Source: Octopus vulgaris
Lineage: Eukaryota
NCBI GenBank assembly: GCA_951406725.2
Contig: OX597830.1
Coordinates: 28,210,001 to 28,274,000 of the forward strand
Direction of reading: 5' to 3'
Length of the DNA stretch: 64,000 bases
Under the pieces are notes generated by a model. It saw only the letters and a list, made by a program, of their open reading frames with translations. It did no database searches and had not been told where the DNA came from. Each line of letters starts with the position of its first letter. The stretch's first letter is position 1. The position numbers were made by a program, and so were the translations under genes. Below are positions 30,048 through 47,383 of this stretch, one piece after another.

Positions 30048-30050
<3 letters not shown>
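29665..30050 (-). mobile_element. Non-autonomous Helitron (family 1)
   Basis: Minus strand A|TCTTTATATATAAAAG...CCCGAGCAACGCCGGG hairpin..CTAG|T, no TSD. Confidence 0.9.
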
Positions 30051-30099
<49 letters not shown>

Positions 30100-30611
30100 G
30101 AATTTTATCTACATAGACATGTATGCCTATGTGGACCATATGAGTTTGTATCGTGTTTACACTTTTCAAAGTACTTGTCGTATTCTTTATATTTTATACG
30201 TTTTAACACCCATTTATCATCTTCATGCTACTGACATTTATTGTCTCTCCTTGCAAAATCTCATCAATCTATACACTTATTACAATTACGTCCGGAAACT
30301 TTTATTAGTCTGCTACCCTCATTACTTTCAAGAAAAATCTGTTTTCTGTGTTTACCTGCTATTCCCATTGTTCTTTACCTTGTATAAGGTAAATATGTAC
30401 GGATTATATAACATCAATATACTTGTATAATATACAACCAACATCTCCTCTACACTTTTTCTATTAAATATTTTACATATGTCCATGTTTGCTTCCGGTG
30501 TGCGATTTGTTTTAAAGATGCGATTAATTAGATTGTATTACCGTCTACTATACTTTACTTAGACTTTTAAGTTAGAAATTGAAGTATATACTTCCATTTT
30601 AATACTACTAA

Positions 30612-30753
30612 TATAAGAATATTCTGTTGTGTCTGGGGAGAGATATTTTCTATTTGTGCCTTATAATGTAACACACTCACCGGTAAAATTTCCACTTATT
30701 TCTTATATTTATTTTCCTAAAACTTTCTTGCAACCTTTTCAATAGCCCTGACG
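30612..30753 (-). mobile_element. Probable PLE-like terminal-repeat fragment with a degenerate HHR-like motif
   Basis: Minus strand CTA-TTGAAAA-GGTTGCAA-GAAAGTTT-TAG followed by an A-rich tail region. Confidence 0.35.
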
Positions 30754-31779
30754 TACCTTATTGGAGTGTGTTATCTTCATAATATACACAAAACCGCTTT
30801 CTCTGACAATGGACACAGTTTTTATTGTAATTTTTTTTGTTCATCACCAAATTAACAATGGCTGAAAATATTTATAATTATAGACATTCTAGTTGTGATC
30901 ATCCCGTCTATTATTGTATTATACAAAACACAACACTGTAAACATGGCGATCAAATGACTTATTGACATTTCCTCCGTTTTCTGCATTCACAGTTCAAAC
31001 TCTCTCAAGGTTCATTTTGCCTTCCATCGTTTTGGGGGTTGATCAAATAAGAATCATTTGAGCAGCGGGGTCGATGTAATCGACTAGCTCTCTCTCTCTC
31101 TCTCCTATAGTTCCAGCACTCGTGTTTACAGTACGACACATTATTACATTATAGAGTGCGGATTTGTTTTCTCATATGAGTACTACGTACTTTTTGAGAA
31201 AGATTGCCTTTGTATATTTTGTAGATCAGTCGAAATCAAACAACCCCGGCGATGGACTACTTGTCTCTTGTGCTTGATCAAGCCGTGTTGATATTTTTAA
31301 CACATCTGCAACGAATCAAACGCAAAATGAAAACATGTCTGTAAACTGCTTTATCGCAAAAAGATTTGTAAATATACATACATTAAAGTGCACATACGCG
31401 CGCAATAAATGCCCACATACACACACATCCCTATACATATGTGTGTGTGTGTGTATGTGTGTGTATATGCATGTGTGTGTGAATATCTGTATATATATAT
31501 GTATATATACGTATATACATATATATGTGTGTGCATATATATATATATAATATATAATATATATAGCTTGATAGATAGATAGATAGATAGATAGATAACA
31601 AATACTAATTATTTTAGAATCGTAGAATCTGGGTAAAACCTAGTAACTTTAGATGTATAAATACGGAGGTAAAAAAAATGAAAGAAGCGCATTATCTTTC
31701 ACACAGAAAACATGATGAAAAAAAGACTAATACTACTTCCTGTCTATTGTCTCTATAAACCTTAGATAGTCACACACAA

Positions 31780-32180
31780 CACCAGTGAAACGAGCTAACT
31801 GAACCGTAGGATAATGCAGTGGCAACCAAGTTATCGACAAACAACTCTTTCACTATAAACCCATACAAATTCTAAGTCCAACGATTCCCTGAAGGTATCC
31901 TATCAACGTGTTCCGTCGAAAACCTATTTACGAAATCTACTAATAAAAGAAACCTTAGACATTACAATTAAAATACACACGCGCAATCAAAACAATATCA
32001 AAATTCCTAGTTTCACTACCCTGCCACCTTATATCGCCTTCGTAAAGGAGATTCTAACGGAAATCCTTACAGTAGAGTACAACTGTGTAAAGTAATTTGT
32101 AAAACTGAAGATATATAAATAAACAAAAAAATATATTAATATAAATCATATCAATAAAACCCCATAGCTAACACTTACGG
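31780..32180 (+). pseudogene. Decayed Penelope-like RT fragment
   Basis: GILSTCSVENLFTK..IKETLDITIK resembles the PLE motif SLDVESLFTNVP.KETIDI; PIANTY occurs later. Confidence 0.55.
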
Positions 32181-32256
32181 ACAAAGCGAGAAACAATCCA
32201 ATCTCTCTACTCCGTTTATTAATCTTATGTCGTCGTCGTCGCCACTGTTGTTCTTT

Positions 32257-33026
<770 letters not shown>

Positions 33027-33502
33027 TGAATGAGAGAACAGTGCATGCCATCAAAGTGACACCGGGTTCAAATATACGAAGCCTAGTATACCCATCATGA
33101 CTACCTGTCTGATAATGATACACTAGGCACATGCATCACAACCATATGTGCACGATATGGTGATCTCATATCAAGATAAACAACGCATGACCTTGCAGGT
33201 GTGCTCCGTTAGAATTTTCGTCTGGTTGAGTAGCCCATCCTGCTGAAAACGTCCCTGAATAAGGATTGTTTAAGGATGTTGAACAAAACACCCATGTTTT
33301 CAAAGGTGAATTATCCAAACCTCCAAGAATTCCTTTTAACACATAGCTATGATGCTCCCCTACTACTTCTGTTCGTGATCAGAGATGCACATATCGTCAG
33401 CCACTAAGGGACATGCTCAACTGGTTAAGGTCAAACAACTGACAAGCAAATCTGTGGTGTTGAGCAGAATATTTGCTGTAGCCCATCTTTTATACCAAGA
33501 CA
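33027..33502. mobile_element. ~476-bp interspersed repeat flanked by (TTA)n, class unknown
   Basis: Homologous to 37626-38280; TG...CA ends; no ORF. Confidence 0.75.
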
Positions 33503-34167
33503 AATTATTATTATTATTATTATTATTATTATGTATATCGTTTGTTTTGATATGATACCATTGCATGTCTTATAGCAAATGTCAAATGTCAAACTCTTTG
33601 TCTCCAGTTGAAGATAATTATTTACGAAGATTATTTTTCTCCTTTTGGGGGGTATTTTATTATTTTAATCTTATTTCAATCCATGAAAAATAGTTAACAA
33701 TTGTTATGTTAAAGAAAAAAAATTAGTATCAGTGCACAGAAACCTAGAAAAGATCTCTGGACGGGCGTTGCATGAAATCCGGTCTTGGAGTCAACTGCAG
33801 CTTAGGACTAAATAGTTGATTGTTGTTGTTGAAAGATAGATTATGAAGAGAAACATAGGAAGTGAAAAATGAGAAGCATTATGCTACACTATGAAGAGAG
33901 TGGTGAGATGCAATAGATTAGTGTTCAATTTCAGTGTATCCAAGACAAAGGCTTCAGGAATAGTGAGAAAGGAAATATATAAACATTTTGAGGTTTGCAT
34001 TTCGGAATATGGAAGGTTGTTGTGAATATTTAGAATGAGAATCGGAGATGAATGCACAGAAGGGTTGATAAGATGAAGAACCCCGAGACATATCGTGTAG
34101 ACATGGACAGGGTTTATTCAATTAGCTAGCTCACAGTAATTGCATACGCTATTGTTGACTAGGTAAC

Positions 34168-34210
<43 letters not shown>

Positions 34211-34293
34211 AAAAATACATACAGACTGAGGGAGACAGACAGACAGGGAACGAGAGGGAGATTGCGATATACATATATATATATATATATATA

Positions 34294-34520
34294 TTTGGTA
34301 AAACGGTAAGATAACAAAAGACAGAAAGAGACCTCAATATTATGTAAATAGAGGAAATATATCTATACAATAATATGTTACATTACTCGATAGTCAAGAT
34401 AAAACTCTGAGTTTCAGATGCCGAAGTGGAAATCCACAACACCATCTCTTCGGTTATCTGGCTATTTGAAAACGCTATGAAAAAATACCGTTATACAAAG
34501 GGAAATTACTGTGTTATAAC
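34294..34520 (-). mobile_element. PLE-like terminal repeat with HHR, abutting (TA)n
   Basis: Contains the HHR at 34398-34458; its 3' end joins a TA tract as in the other HHR elements. Right boundary approximate. Confidence 0.6.
34398..34458 (-). ncRNA. Type I hammerhead ribozyme variant
   Basis: GATAA-CCGAAGA-GATG[..GTGGA-TT-TCCAC..]CATC-T-GAAAC-TCAGA-GTT-TTATC: perfect 5-bp stem I and ACTC-A-GAGT stem III. Confidence 0.65.
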
Positions 34521-34740
34521 TCTGCTTGCCTGCGTACTTATACATCGCTCGCATTTTTCGTCATAAAAATTATATAAAAATACATAAAAAATAAATTAAA
34601 AATATATAAAAATATATAAAATCTTCTTGGGACATAACATAGAAAGCATGTTCTATCTGTTTTCTTTAGGGGACCAAAAACGTAACGGAAATTTAGTCAC
34701 ATTTGGGCATGATCCGAAAAGTTCTGTCCTTGGGTTTAGA

Positions 34741-35036
34741 CATGGTTCAGTGGTTAGAGCGTTGAGCTGACGATCGTCAGGTTGTGAGTTCGAATCCCGG
34801 ACCGGGCTGCGAGTTGTGTTCTTGATGAAGACACTTCGTTTCACGTTGCTCCAGTTTACTCCGCTGTGGAAATGAGTTGCCTTTCCCTTGGATAACACTG
34901 GTGGCGTGGAGAGGGGAGGCCGGTATACATGGGCGACTGCTTGTCTTCCATGAAAAAACCTTTCCCGGATATTTTTGCCTGGGAGGGTAACTTTGTAGGT
35001 GCAATCCCTTTGTCAGTCACGACCGAAGGGGGTCTC
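34741..35036 (+). mobile_element. tRNA-derived SINE family D
   Basis: A box TGGTTCAGTGG, B box GAGTTCGAATCCC; homologous to 26981-27290. Confidence 0.85.
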
Positions 35037-35220
35037 AGATTGATAGGAAGAGAGAGAGAGAGAGAACATACATACATGCATCCATACATACATACATACA
35101 TACATGCATGCATGCATGCATGCATACATACATACATACATGCATGCATGCATGCATACATACATACATACATACATACATGCATGCATGCATGCATACA
35201 TACATACATACATACATACA

Positions 35221-35254
<34 letters not shown>

Positions 35255-35268
35255 CATACATTCATACA

Positions 35269-35302
<34 letters not shown>

Positions 35303-35909
35303 CATACATTCATACATACATACATACATACAACATACATACATATATACATACATACATAATAGGTAATTTAATCTTGATAATGATTCCCTCTAGCACA
35401 TTTCGCGACGTTTCGCAAAAGTATAATGATAACGAAGAAAATGTTCATTTCAATGATGATGACGATGACGACGACGACGACGACGGTGCTGATGACGTTG
35501 ATAATAACGACTTTACCGACATTGAAGACAACAAGACGGACGATGGCGGTGAGAGACAATTCCCAGATTTAGTTTCCAAACAAGAATAATACACAAAAAA
35601 ATTTTGTTGCAAGTCACAACAAAGTTCAAAGTGAACAGTATAGACGAACGACACAAAATGTTGCATGTGGGAGGGGGAGGGGACGTGTATGAATGCGTGT
35701 GATTCTGTTTGTGTATGTTTTTTACTTGTAGACTATTTAACAAGAAAGACAACAACTTTCTATATATTTCCAGCTGACGAGTTTGTGAATGTAGCTTGTT
35801 ATGTGTATGTGTGTACATATGTATAAGTATATATATATATATATATATACATACATACATACACACATATATGTAAGTATGTATATATGTATGTATATTT
35901 GCTTACATA

Positions 35910-35976
<67 letters not shown>

Positions 35977-36118
35977 GTGTGTGTGTGTGTATAATATATA
36001 TACACGTAATGTTTGATTTGTAATATACATAAAATAACGAAGTATTTATGAATATGGAATATACATACATTGGTAAATATATATATATATATATTTATAT
36101 ATATACACACACACACAC

Positions 36119-36149
<31 letters not shown>

Positions 36150-36506
36150 AGTATATGTGCGCATGCCGTTTTCCAAGTGTGTGTGTGCAAAGGAGACATA
36201 GATAGGTCGTAAACATTGTGGGGTTTGGGACCTTTCTTTTGTTTCAACTTTTGCTCCAGTACATGTGTCTGGTGCATAGACTTTTATCTTTCAACCAAGT
36301 GAAAACAGGAATAACTAAAGAACACTCCAGTCGCGAATTTATTTCCCAAGTCCTTTCTTGATCTATCTACTATGTGCTCAGTGGTGGCAGGAATTGGTAA
36401 TTTCTTGGCATCTGGTATCTTGAATTTTCAACCTAGATTTCCAAAATATATGTATTTTGGGAATGTATGTATTTTCGTATGAAAAAATGTATACGTACAA
36501 CCTATA

Positions 36507-36599
<93 letters not shown>

Positions 36600-36772
36600 T
36601 TGTATATCTATCTATCTAGCTATCTACCTGTCTGTCTGTCTACATATATGTATATATATATATATATACATATATACGTGTGTATGTATGAAGGTATATA
36701 TATATATAAACATATATATTTATGTATGTATATATATGTATATATTTATTTATATGTATGTATATATGTATG

Positions 36773-36863
<91 letters not shown>

Positions 36864-37625
36864 ATGGTATCTTCTCATTTGTCTTTACAGTCATAACATG
36901 TCCCAGTGTGCATAGATTGGAATTAAATATTACACACACACACGCACACATATATATCTATATAAAGAAAAATTATATGCATAAAAGAAACACGAAAAGC
37001 GGACCGTTCCACGATATTTCAGACTGGGTTATCTCAAACTTCGCACAATGTCATATTCGGTCTGAATGCTTGTTTGTTGTCGATAGGCTACCTGCATTTT
37101 GTTTCAATTCTTTTGTTCTGCGTTTAAATATATTATAGTGTTTGTAAACTAATTTCGTCTCCCCAAATCTTTTTTTATGAAAGTTCCACCAGTAATACTA
37201 GCCCCGTTACCAACACCAACACCACCACCACCACCACTACCATCACCATTAGCAACATCAACATCGTCATCATCATCAGTGTCATCATCACCATCATCGT
37301 CATCTTCATTGTCGTTATCATCCCAGAAATATGTGAAAATAATATACATTTAAAACAAAAAAAATCTTTAAGAATCCCTACAAAAACAAAATGTGGAAAT
37401 CTACGTGTAAATAATTGAAATAATAAGGAAATGTAAAAAATATAAAATAGCACTGAGAGCAGTAGCATTACTAATTTGAATAAAAGCTGCTACATGTTAA
37501 CATATTACATACTCCATTTCAGGATAAATACGATCAGTACTAGTAGATTACTGGGGTTAGCGTAATCGAATAGCTCCCCACCACCAAATTTTCAGGCTTA
37601 ATACCTATAATATAATATTATTATT

Positions 37626-38280
37626 GTGAAACTGGACTAAAATATACAAAGCCCAATATACTCATCATGCCTAGCCGTCGGCACATGCATCACAACCGAA
37701 TACGCGCGACATGGTGATCCCATATGAAGACAAAGAGCGCAAGACCTTGCAGGTGTGCTCCAGTTAGAATTTTCGTCAGGTCGAGTAGACCATCCCGCTC
37801 AAAAGGCCCCTGAATAAATGGTTTAAGGATGTTGAACGAAACAATCACATTTCCAGAGGAGAGTTATCCAAACCCTAAAGAATTCCTCTCAACACATGAC
37901 TATGATACTCCCCAACTACTTCTGCTTGTGATCAGAGATGCACATATCGTCAGCCACTAAGGGATATGTTCAACTGGTTAAGGTGATCAGAGATGCACAT
38001 ATCGCCAGCCACTAAGGGACATGTTCAACTGGTTAAGGTGATCAGAGATGCACATATCGCCAGCCACTAAGGGACATGTTCAACTGGTTAAGGTGATCAG
38101 AGATGCACATATCGCCAGCCACAAAGGGACATGCTCAACTGGTTAAGGTGATCAGAGATGCACATATCGCCAGCCACTAAGGGACATGTTCAACTGGTTA
38201 AGGTCAGGCAACTGACCAGCAAATCTGTGCTATTGAGCAGAATATTTGCTATAGCCCATCTTTCGTACGAAGACAAAACA
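37626..38280. mobile_element. Second copy of the ~476-bp repeat, with an internal 55-bp x5 expansion
   Basis: Colinear with 33027-33502. Confidence 0.8.
37928..38202. repeat. 55-bp tandem repeat, 5 copies
   Basis: GTGATCAGAGATGCACATATCGCCAGCCACTAAGGGACATGTTCAACTGGTTAAG at 37928, 37983, 38038, 38093 and 38148. Confidence 0.95.
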
Positions 38281-38296
38281 ATTATTACTATTATTA

Positions 38297-39659
38297 TTAG
38301 GTTGTCAAGAAATTACTTGCAGTTTTTAATCTTTAAATTCATATGCACATATCTCGGCGCGAAGAAAACTTTATTAATCGAAATAAACACCGTCAGAATC
38401 AACACACTTTTGCCAACGCGAAACAAGTTTATTTATGCTATTAGCGTAAAAATCCTGCGTTCTGGTGGTGATGAAGTCGTTGAAGGCGTGTTTGGCATCG
38501 TCTTGTTTTTTTTTAAACATTTCACACGCAGGAAGTTGTCGAGATGCTTGAAAATGTGGTAGTCGGTAGGCGAGAGGTCTAGAGAGTATGACAGATGAGG
38601 CAGAGTTTCGTAGCCCATTTCGTTCAACTTCTGCAGGGTCATTTGTGCGACGTGCGGTCGAGTATTGTCGTGGAGAAGAATTGGTCCTTTTCTATTGACC
38701 AATGCTGGCTGTTGTCGGAGTTTCTTATGCATTTCCCCCATTTGCTGACAGTACTTCTCCGCCGTAATGGATTCTCCTGGATCTAAAAAGCTCTAATGGA
38801 TGAGACCGGCCGCAGACCACCAAACAGACACCATGATCTTCTTTTGGTGCAACTTTGACTTCCGGAAGTGCCGTGGAGCTTCGTCGGCGTCCAACCACTG
38901 AGCTGAGCGTCGCCGGTTGTCGTAAAGAATCCACTTTTCATCGCAATACATTTACATATACATATATTGTTCTTCTTTGTATTTATAATTTATAGAACAT
39001 CTCAGAAATCTTTGCTTGAGGGATATAGATGTGTAACAGCTATTTACAGGCATTCCATACATTCCGGTCCACCGAAGGGGCCTTCTTGTTGCGTAAAAGA
39101 AGGGATGATGACACTTCAAAACGGTGGTTTTTTTTTTGGTTATCGTTCAACTCGCGCGGCACCCATTTCTCAAGTATTTTTGTTTTTCCAATCTCTTTCA
39201 AGTGGTTGAAAATTGTTGGGGACGTTACGTCTAATTCAGAAGCAAGCTCTCGAACAGTTGTGCGTGGATTGGCTTCGACTAAGGCTCTTAGTTGATCGTT
39301 GTCAATATATAATGGTTGACTGCTACGCTTATCATCTTCAAGACTATCGTCACCGCTACGAAATTTCTTGAACCACAATTGTGCTGTACGTCCATTAGTG
39401 GTTCCTGGGCCAAACGCATCGTTGATATCGTGAGCTGTTTTAGCAGCTTTTCGGCCTAGCTTTTTGTCTATGGTGTACTCAATGTTCCGGAAAAAATGGC
39501 CTAATTATTCAAAAAGAAAAAGAGTAACACAATTAAATAGAGCGAAAAACGGGTTATAAAATCGTATATAAAGTTAAGTAATTTAACGAAAATTAATTTG
39601 AAAATACATCATTTAAAACCAAAATTAAAAATTCCGCAAGAACTTACTTGACAACCTAA
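38297..39659 (-). pseudogene. Full-length inactive mariner (Hsmar1/cecropia-like, D,D34D)
   Basis: TIRs TTAGGTTGTCAAG / CTTGACAACCTAA; remnants WFKKFRSGD, KWVPREL, CDEKWILYDN, LLHDNTRPH, YSLDLSPTDYH; stops, frameshifts and a 116-bp insertion. Confidence 0.92.
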
Positions 39660-39661
39660 TG

Positions 39662-39788
<127 letters not shown>

Positions 39789-40689
39789 CATTGTTGTTGT
39801 TGTTATTATTATTCAATATTGGAATAAACCCACTATTGTGTAGTATAAAACACAGAGTAGGGAACAATGTCAATTGATTTGAAAGATGGAAGCACCTAAG
39901 GGGTTTCGAAACAGCATGAAATCTTGCATGGTGATATTGTTATGAGGTACAATATCTGTTAGCCAAATAGCAGAGATGTCAAAGAAATATATATAGATCT
40001 ATCATGAAATAAAAATAACGATAGCTACTATATGAAACGACAGTTTAACATCATGTACCACACCACAGATAATAACAATAATAGAATTTATCAAGGCGCT
40101 ATCCATGGCATTCTCATTTTCCTTCGCCTTCGCCTCAGCCCAATTTGATAGTTGCTTGACTACTAAGAGAGACAATCAAGATGGATGTGTTAGTCTAATA
40201 TTAATTGGAATGAATACACAACTTTCTACTTCTTCTACTTCCACATCCCTTTCTTGTTTTTCTTTCTCTTTCTCTTCTTTCTTATCTTACTTCCTCGTAG
40301 CTAAGAATCTAATCTATCGTGATTACACCGGTGGATATTTTTTTCTTTTGTTTGGCATTATAATAGTTTGAACTATTTATGTCTTTCAAACAACTTCATA
40401 CCAACTATCGTCTTTTTGCTATTTTTCTTAATTAAGACACTGCTCCGCTGGGAAGTGTTTTTCTTTTATAATTCTAATGCTATCAGAACAATTGCCTTTA
40501 TATTGCGTGTCCATTTCGAACAGTGGAGATAATAACCGCTCTTTTACACTACGCTTTAATTACAGCATTGCAAGTGTATGGAATGCCTGTAAATAGCTGT
40601 TACACATCTTCTATGTCCCTCACGCAAAGATTTCTGAGACGTTCTATAAATTACAAATACAGAGAAAAACAACGATATATGTATATGTA

Positions 40690-42790
<2,101 letters not shown>

Positions 42791-43343
42791 TGCTGATTAT
42801 TTCAATAATGATTTGTGCTGAACTGAAAACGTTGACATACACACGCACAACAACCGTTAAGAACGATTGCAATGTTTATGAATCATATCCAGGGCGTCTT
42901 AATTACAACCCTAGGCTCCAGGTATAATAATTAACTGAAGATATTTATACTTATTTCCCTATGAGCGAATGACGAACTACAAGACGTTTCGTCTTCATGC
43001 ATAAATTTCGTGTGACTCTCAAGAATATGAGTCAGCCACTGATAGTGTCCTTGCTTGCATATAAGACAGCACGGCATTCTTTTGGAAATATCAGATAAAT
43101 TTTATTTTTGCTGCTTTTTTTTTCTCCCTCCACACGCTTCTAGTGTGTGTAACAATGAATACATGTAATATATTGTTACTTGTGTGTGTATATATACCAA
43201 TATATGTGTGCCTGGCTATAAAAGTGTTTGGGTAATAACGCATGATTTTATGTAATACTGGTAGGGAAACACACACACACAAATATACTGAGATAGATAT
43301 GTATTGTGTTTGGGTGCGTGTATGTATGTGTGTATATACGCAC

Positions 43344-43424
<81 letters not shown>

Positions 43425-43561
43425 CAGGAAGTGCATAAATCTTAATTTTGAGGTGGACAGAGCATATTTCGTATTTAGATTCAGTCCAATTCACTGCTAT
43501 ATATTCTCTACACTTATTGATACAATTAAAATATACATACAAACAATCATAGATGCATGCA

Positions 43562-43610
<49 letters not shown>

Positions 43611-43816
43611 ATACACATACATACGTCACGATGTTGTCACTTGTGATCATGTCGATGGCATTATACACTTGTATCGAAAAATATGAACACTCAAGGCACC
43701 CTTGTTTTGGATAGGGACCAGAGACATATTCCCCCATCCCCTCAATTCAAATGCACCAAGGGCGACGGTGATAAAATCAAATGTGTTTCGTTAATATCCT
43801 GCAACCTCTGTCCTTA

Positions 43817-44139
43817 TCGACTTTGCTTTTCATCCTTTCGGGGTCGATAAATTAAGTAATAGTTGCGTACTGAGGTGGATCTAATCGACGGGCCCCCTCC
43901 CCACAAATTTCGAGCCTTGTGCCTAGAGTAGAAATGAATATTGTAGAAAAAATGCAATAAGACGATTATCGAGTTTTAATGCAGTTTTTGAAATAATACC
44001 ACCATAGGTACTTAATTCATCGACTTCGAAATGGTGAAAGGCAAAGTCGACCTCGGTGGAATTTGAACTCAGAACGGAAAGATTGATGAAATACCGCTAA
44101 GCTATTCGTCCGGCGTCCTAACGACTCTGCCAGCTCGCC
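43817..44139. mobile_element. Two oppositely oriented family A SINE fragments (+ 43817-43940, - 44005-44139)
   Basis: TCGACTTTGCTTTTCATCCTTTCGGGGTCGAT versus ATCGACTTCGAAATGGTGAAAGGCAAAGTCGA. Confidence 0.8.
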
Positions 44140-45141
44140 AACTTTCTCTTTGCGTTTATATTGTTATCTTGAAGTGTCTCATGTTCACTAATTATCCTTA
44201 TTCCGCTGTTACAAAGATAGAAAATCCAAACTTACATACAACAAGAAATGTAGAGTTCGACGTCACACAACCGCACTTCCAACATCATCTTATTTGCTAA
44301 CCATTCTAGTTTTCTACTCACGGCTGTGTCTTCATGTGTTTATCCGATACTCTATCAAAAGTTTTTCACAGAACGCAAGGCAGATGGAATGGAAAATGGA
44401 ATGAAGTAAAGTGTACAAAGTTTAACATCGAATGGAATGACGAAGAAAAACTTTCTCACGTGAAAAAATATCTCCCACCGTGTACTATTTCACCTGGATC
44501 TGCCTCACCTGCATTGGATCACTGTTTCTTTTCTATGAAAGGTGTGAATTAGAAAGAGGTGTTACACTACTAATCCAGTGCAGCCATCTAAATATGCCCA
44601 CAGATACATAGATAGATACATACATACATAAGTATATAACTGTATATGCGCACATATATTTATATGCCTAGAATAACGTGTATGTATGCTTGAATATATA
44701 TACATACATACGCACATACACACACACATATATATTACTATATACAAGGCAAATTAACTATTTTACATAATAGTCACTAAATGATTGTAGTGTGTAGAAT
44801 AGATAAACATACATAAATTTAAGAAATCGGAAATACAAAATTTTGTCTCATTTTAATGCCTATAATTAATTCAGGCGTGTGTCATTTCAGTCGTGCGTTC
44901 TTGTAATGACGTTTCCTGTACATTTCATATAGGCAGAAAAAAAAAAAAACGTGCATGCATACATGATTATTCTCACATACACGCACGTACGCACGCACAC
45001 TCACGCACACATATGTACAGTAACACACACACAAACACAGACTCTAGTCTCCACACTCCTCCCGCGCACGAAAATTATATGAGTGAATATATATATATAT
45101 CATATTGCTTACGTTTTGTGACGTCCTGTACCCATATATGC

Positions 45142-45212
<71 letters not shown>

Positions 45213-45430
45213 CATATATATGCGGGTATGTACATATATCTATGTATATATGCCTATGTAAAATTTATATTATTATATGATTGAACGCCACGCATCCTTT
45301 TCCAAGTACATACATACATATATATAAAAGGATGGAGAGATAGAGAGAGAAATGCGTTTCTGTATTTTTGTGTGTACATACGTATAAACAAATAGTAATA
45401 CTATTGTACAAATATAACAACAACAACAGC

Positions 45431-45466
<36 letters not shown>

Positions 45467-45572
45467 AATAATAACAATTAACACAACCCGAGTGCAATGG
45501 AAGGGCCTCACTCTAGGAGAACCATCTTGGTGATCATGGTTTACCCCTGTTCCAGGTAAGTATCAACAATAA

Positions 45573-45787
45573 TTCTTCCTACTATAGGCTCAAGGTCTGA
45601 AAATTTGAAGGAGCGATGAATTCGATTACATCAACCCCAGCACTCCATTGGTAATTAATTTATGGACCCCAAAAGGATGAAGGGCAAAGTCAACCACGAT
45701 GGAATTTCAACTTAATACGTAGATACGGACGAAATGTCGCTAAGCACTTTTCCCGGCGTGCTTAACGACCCTGCCAGCTTACCGCCT
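45573..45787 (-). mobile_element. SINE family A, full length
   Basis: Colinear with the other family A copies. Confidence 0.8.
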
Positions 45788-47383
45788 TATAATAATAATA
45801 ATTTGGCAGAAATGGCTTTCAATTTAATCGGTATAAGTCGTTGAATATGAGACAGTATAATAAGACCATCGATATAATAAGTACTTGTTATAACACAGAA
45901 GTGTGTTAGCATTTGTCAATGAGCCGAAATATATATTTTCTCTAGTTGTATTTGATATCTTTGTGTGTAGCAATCATCATATATCATATATTGAACACTG
46001 CTTTAACGGTTTCCACGCTGGATTGTTGTAAACTACTTAGCAAACGTGTTCATTATTTAGCATTTGATTGAACCTCAAGGGCTCAATGCCTGATGTACAT
46101 GATCCTTCATTGGGATATTTAGCTAGCCTGAGGTAATCTCAATGTATCGGTAATAGATTGTTTCCACATCAACCACTATTTTGAGTCTGGTGGAAATAGT
46201 AGAAAACAATGGCAGAGGGGTACCTAAGTTGATCTTCGTCTACAGAACGTGTGTGATCATGGGTGATGCGTCCTTTTTCTTTTCCCTCCGCGTTTCCTTC
46301 CAAAGACACGAGAAATTCTGAGATCAGCATTGCAAGTTATCTACTGCCACAACCAATACCCTTTCACTCACATAACACACACACCATGCCAACAGTTATA
46401 CATCCTTCTCTAGCCACACAGAATTTGTTGTTGTGAATGATATTGTTATGGTGATTGACATAATGAAATAATTCTGTTGTATACTATTAAATGGTTATAC
46501 TTATTCTTTTCGTAATTTAATCAAGTGGAGAGTTGATGGTCATTGCAATACCTTCCAGATTGTTGAGAGTCATGTGAATTTATTAATATCCAATTCTATA
46601 TTCACACACACACACACATACACAGACAAAGACACACACACACACAGAGTCGCATACATAATCACACACTTGCACAAATATACACACACATTCACACATA
46701 TATACGAGTACATGTTATAGAGATAACGAACTAACTTTAAAAAAACAACTTGAAGTATTATTAAATTGTATTTCCAGAACCTACGTAGTGTAAATTAATT
46801 TTAGATTATATTACAGAAATATAAAAATAATTTCTTCGTTTATTCTATTTCTTATTGCCTTCATTATTAATTCTATTCTGTGCAAATAAAGTCTCGGTGC
46901 CCTAACAATTTGTCAACCATTCTCACAGTAATAACCATCAAATGTTATTAAATATATTGAAATGAATGGAAAAAATATAAGTGCAGAAATGAAATTATAA
47001 CATACGGATAACATGTGTAAAATGTTCAATAATATAACGTTAGGTATTAAATGTATATCACTTTAATATGGAGTTAGTTTTAGGCCTGTTAATCTTACAC
47101 GGAAATGTTTATTAAATATTCTCAAATAACAGACACAGGCGAATTTTTGATACATATAAGAGCAGTAAAATATATGGAAAAATACACTGTGAAGTTAACA
47201 CAAACTTATTGCTTCTGCGTTCTACTTATTTTTGTTTATTCAACGTGGCAATGAACCGACAACCTTATTATATGAGCAATGAATTGGCTTTTAGATTCTG
47301 CAGAACATCGGATCAAACGGTTTGCACGGAAACTGAATTTAGATTTCCTTTTCTGGTGGTCAATATTAAAGGTAAGAGTCAAG

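Noticed and set aside
33368-33420. Minus-strand GTC-CC-TTAGT-GG-CTGACGA...GAACA resembling a type III hammerhead
   Set aside because: Lacks GAAA, and the paralogue at 37.9 kb reads CAAGCA at that position; stem I is only 2 bp.
35382-35589. Acidic ORF segment (MIPSSTFRD...DDDD...KQE)
   Set aside because: Best explained as a decayed GAT/GAC repeat; no recognisable domain or convincing splice context.
37928-38202. CRISPR-like appearance of the 55-bp, 102-bp and 36-bp arrays
   Set aside because: Head-to-tail repeats without unique spacers, no cas genes, and a eukaryotic context.
42978-43000. Minus-strand ATGAAGAC-GAAACGTC, a possible minimal HHR remnant
   Set aside because: C3, stem I and stem II are missing; too short to call without a family consensus.
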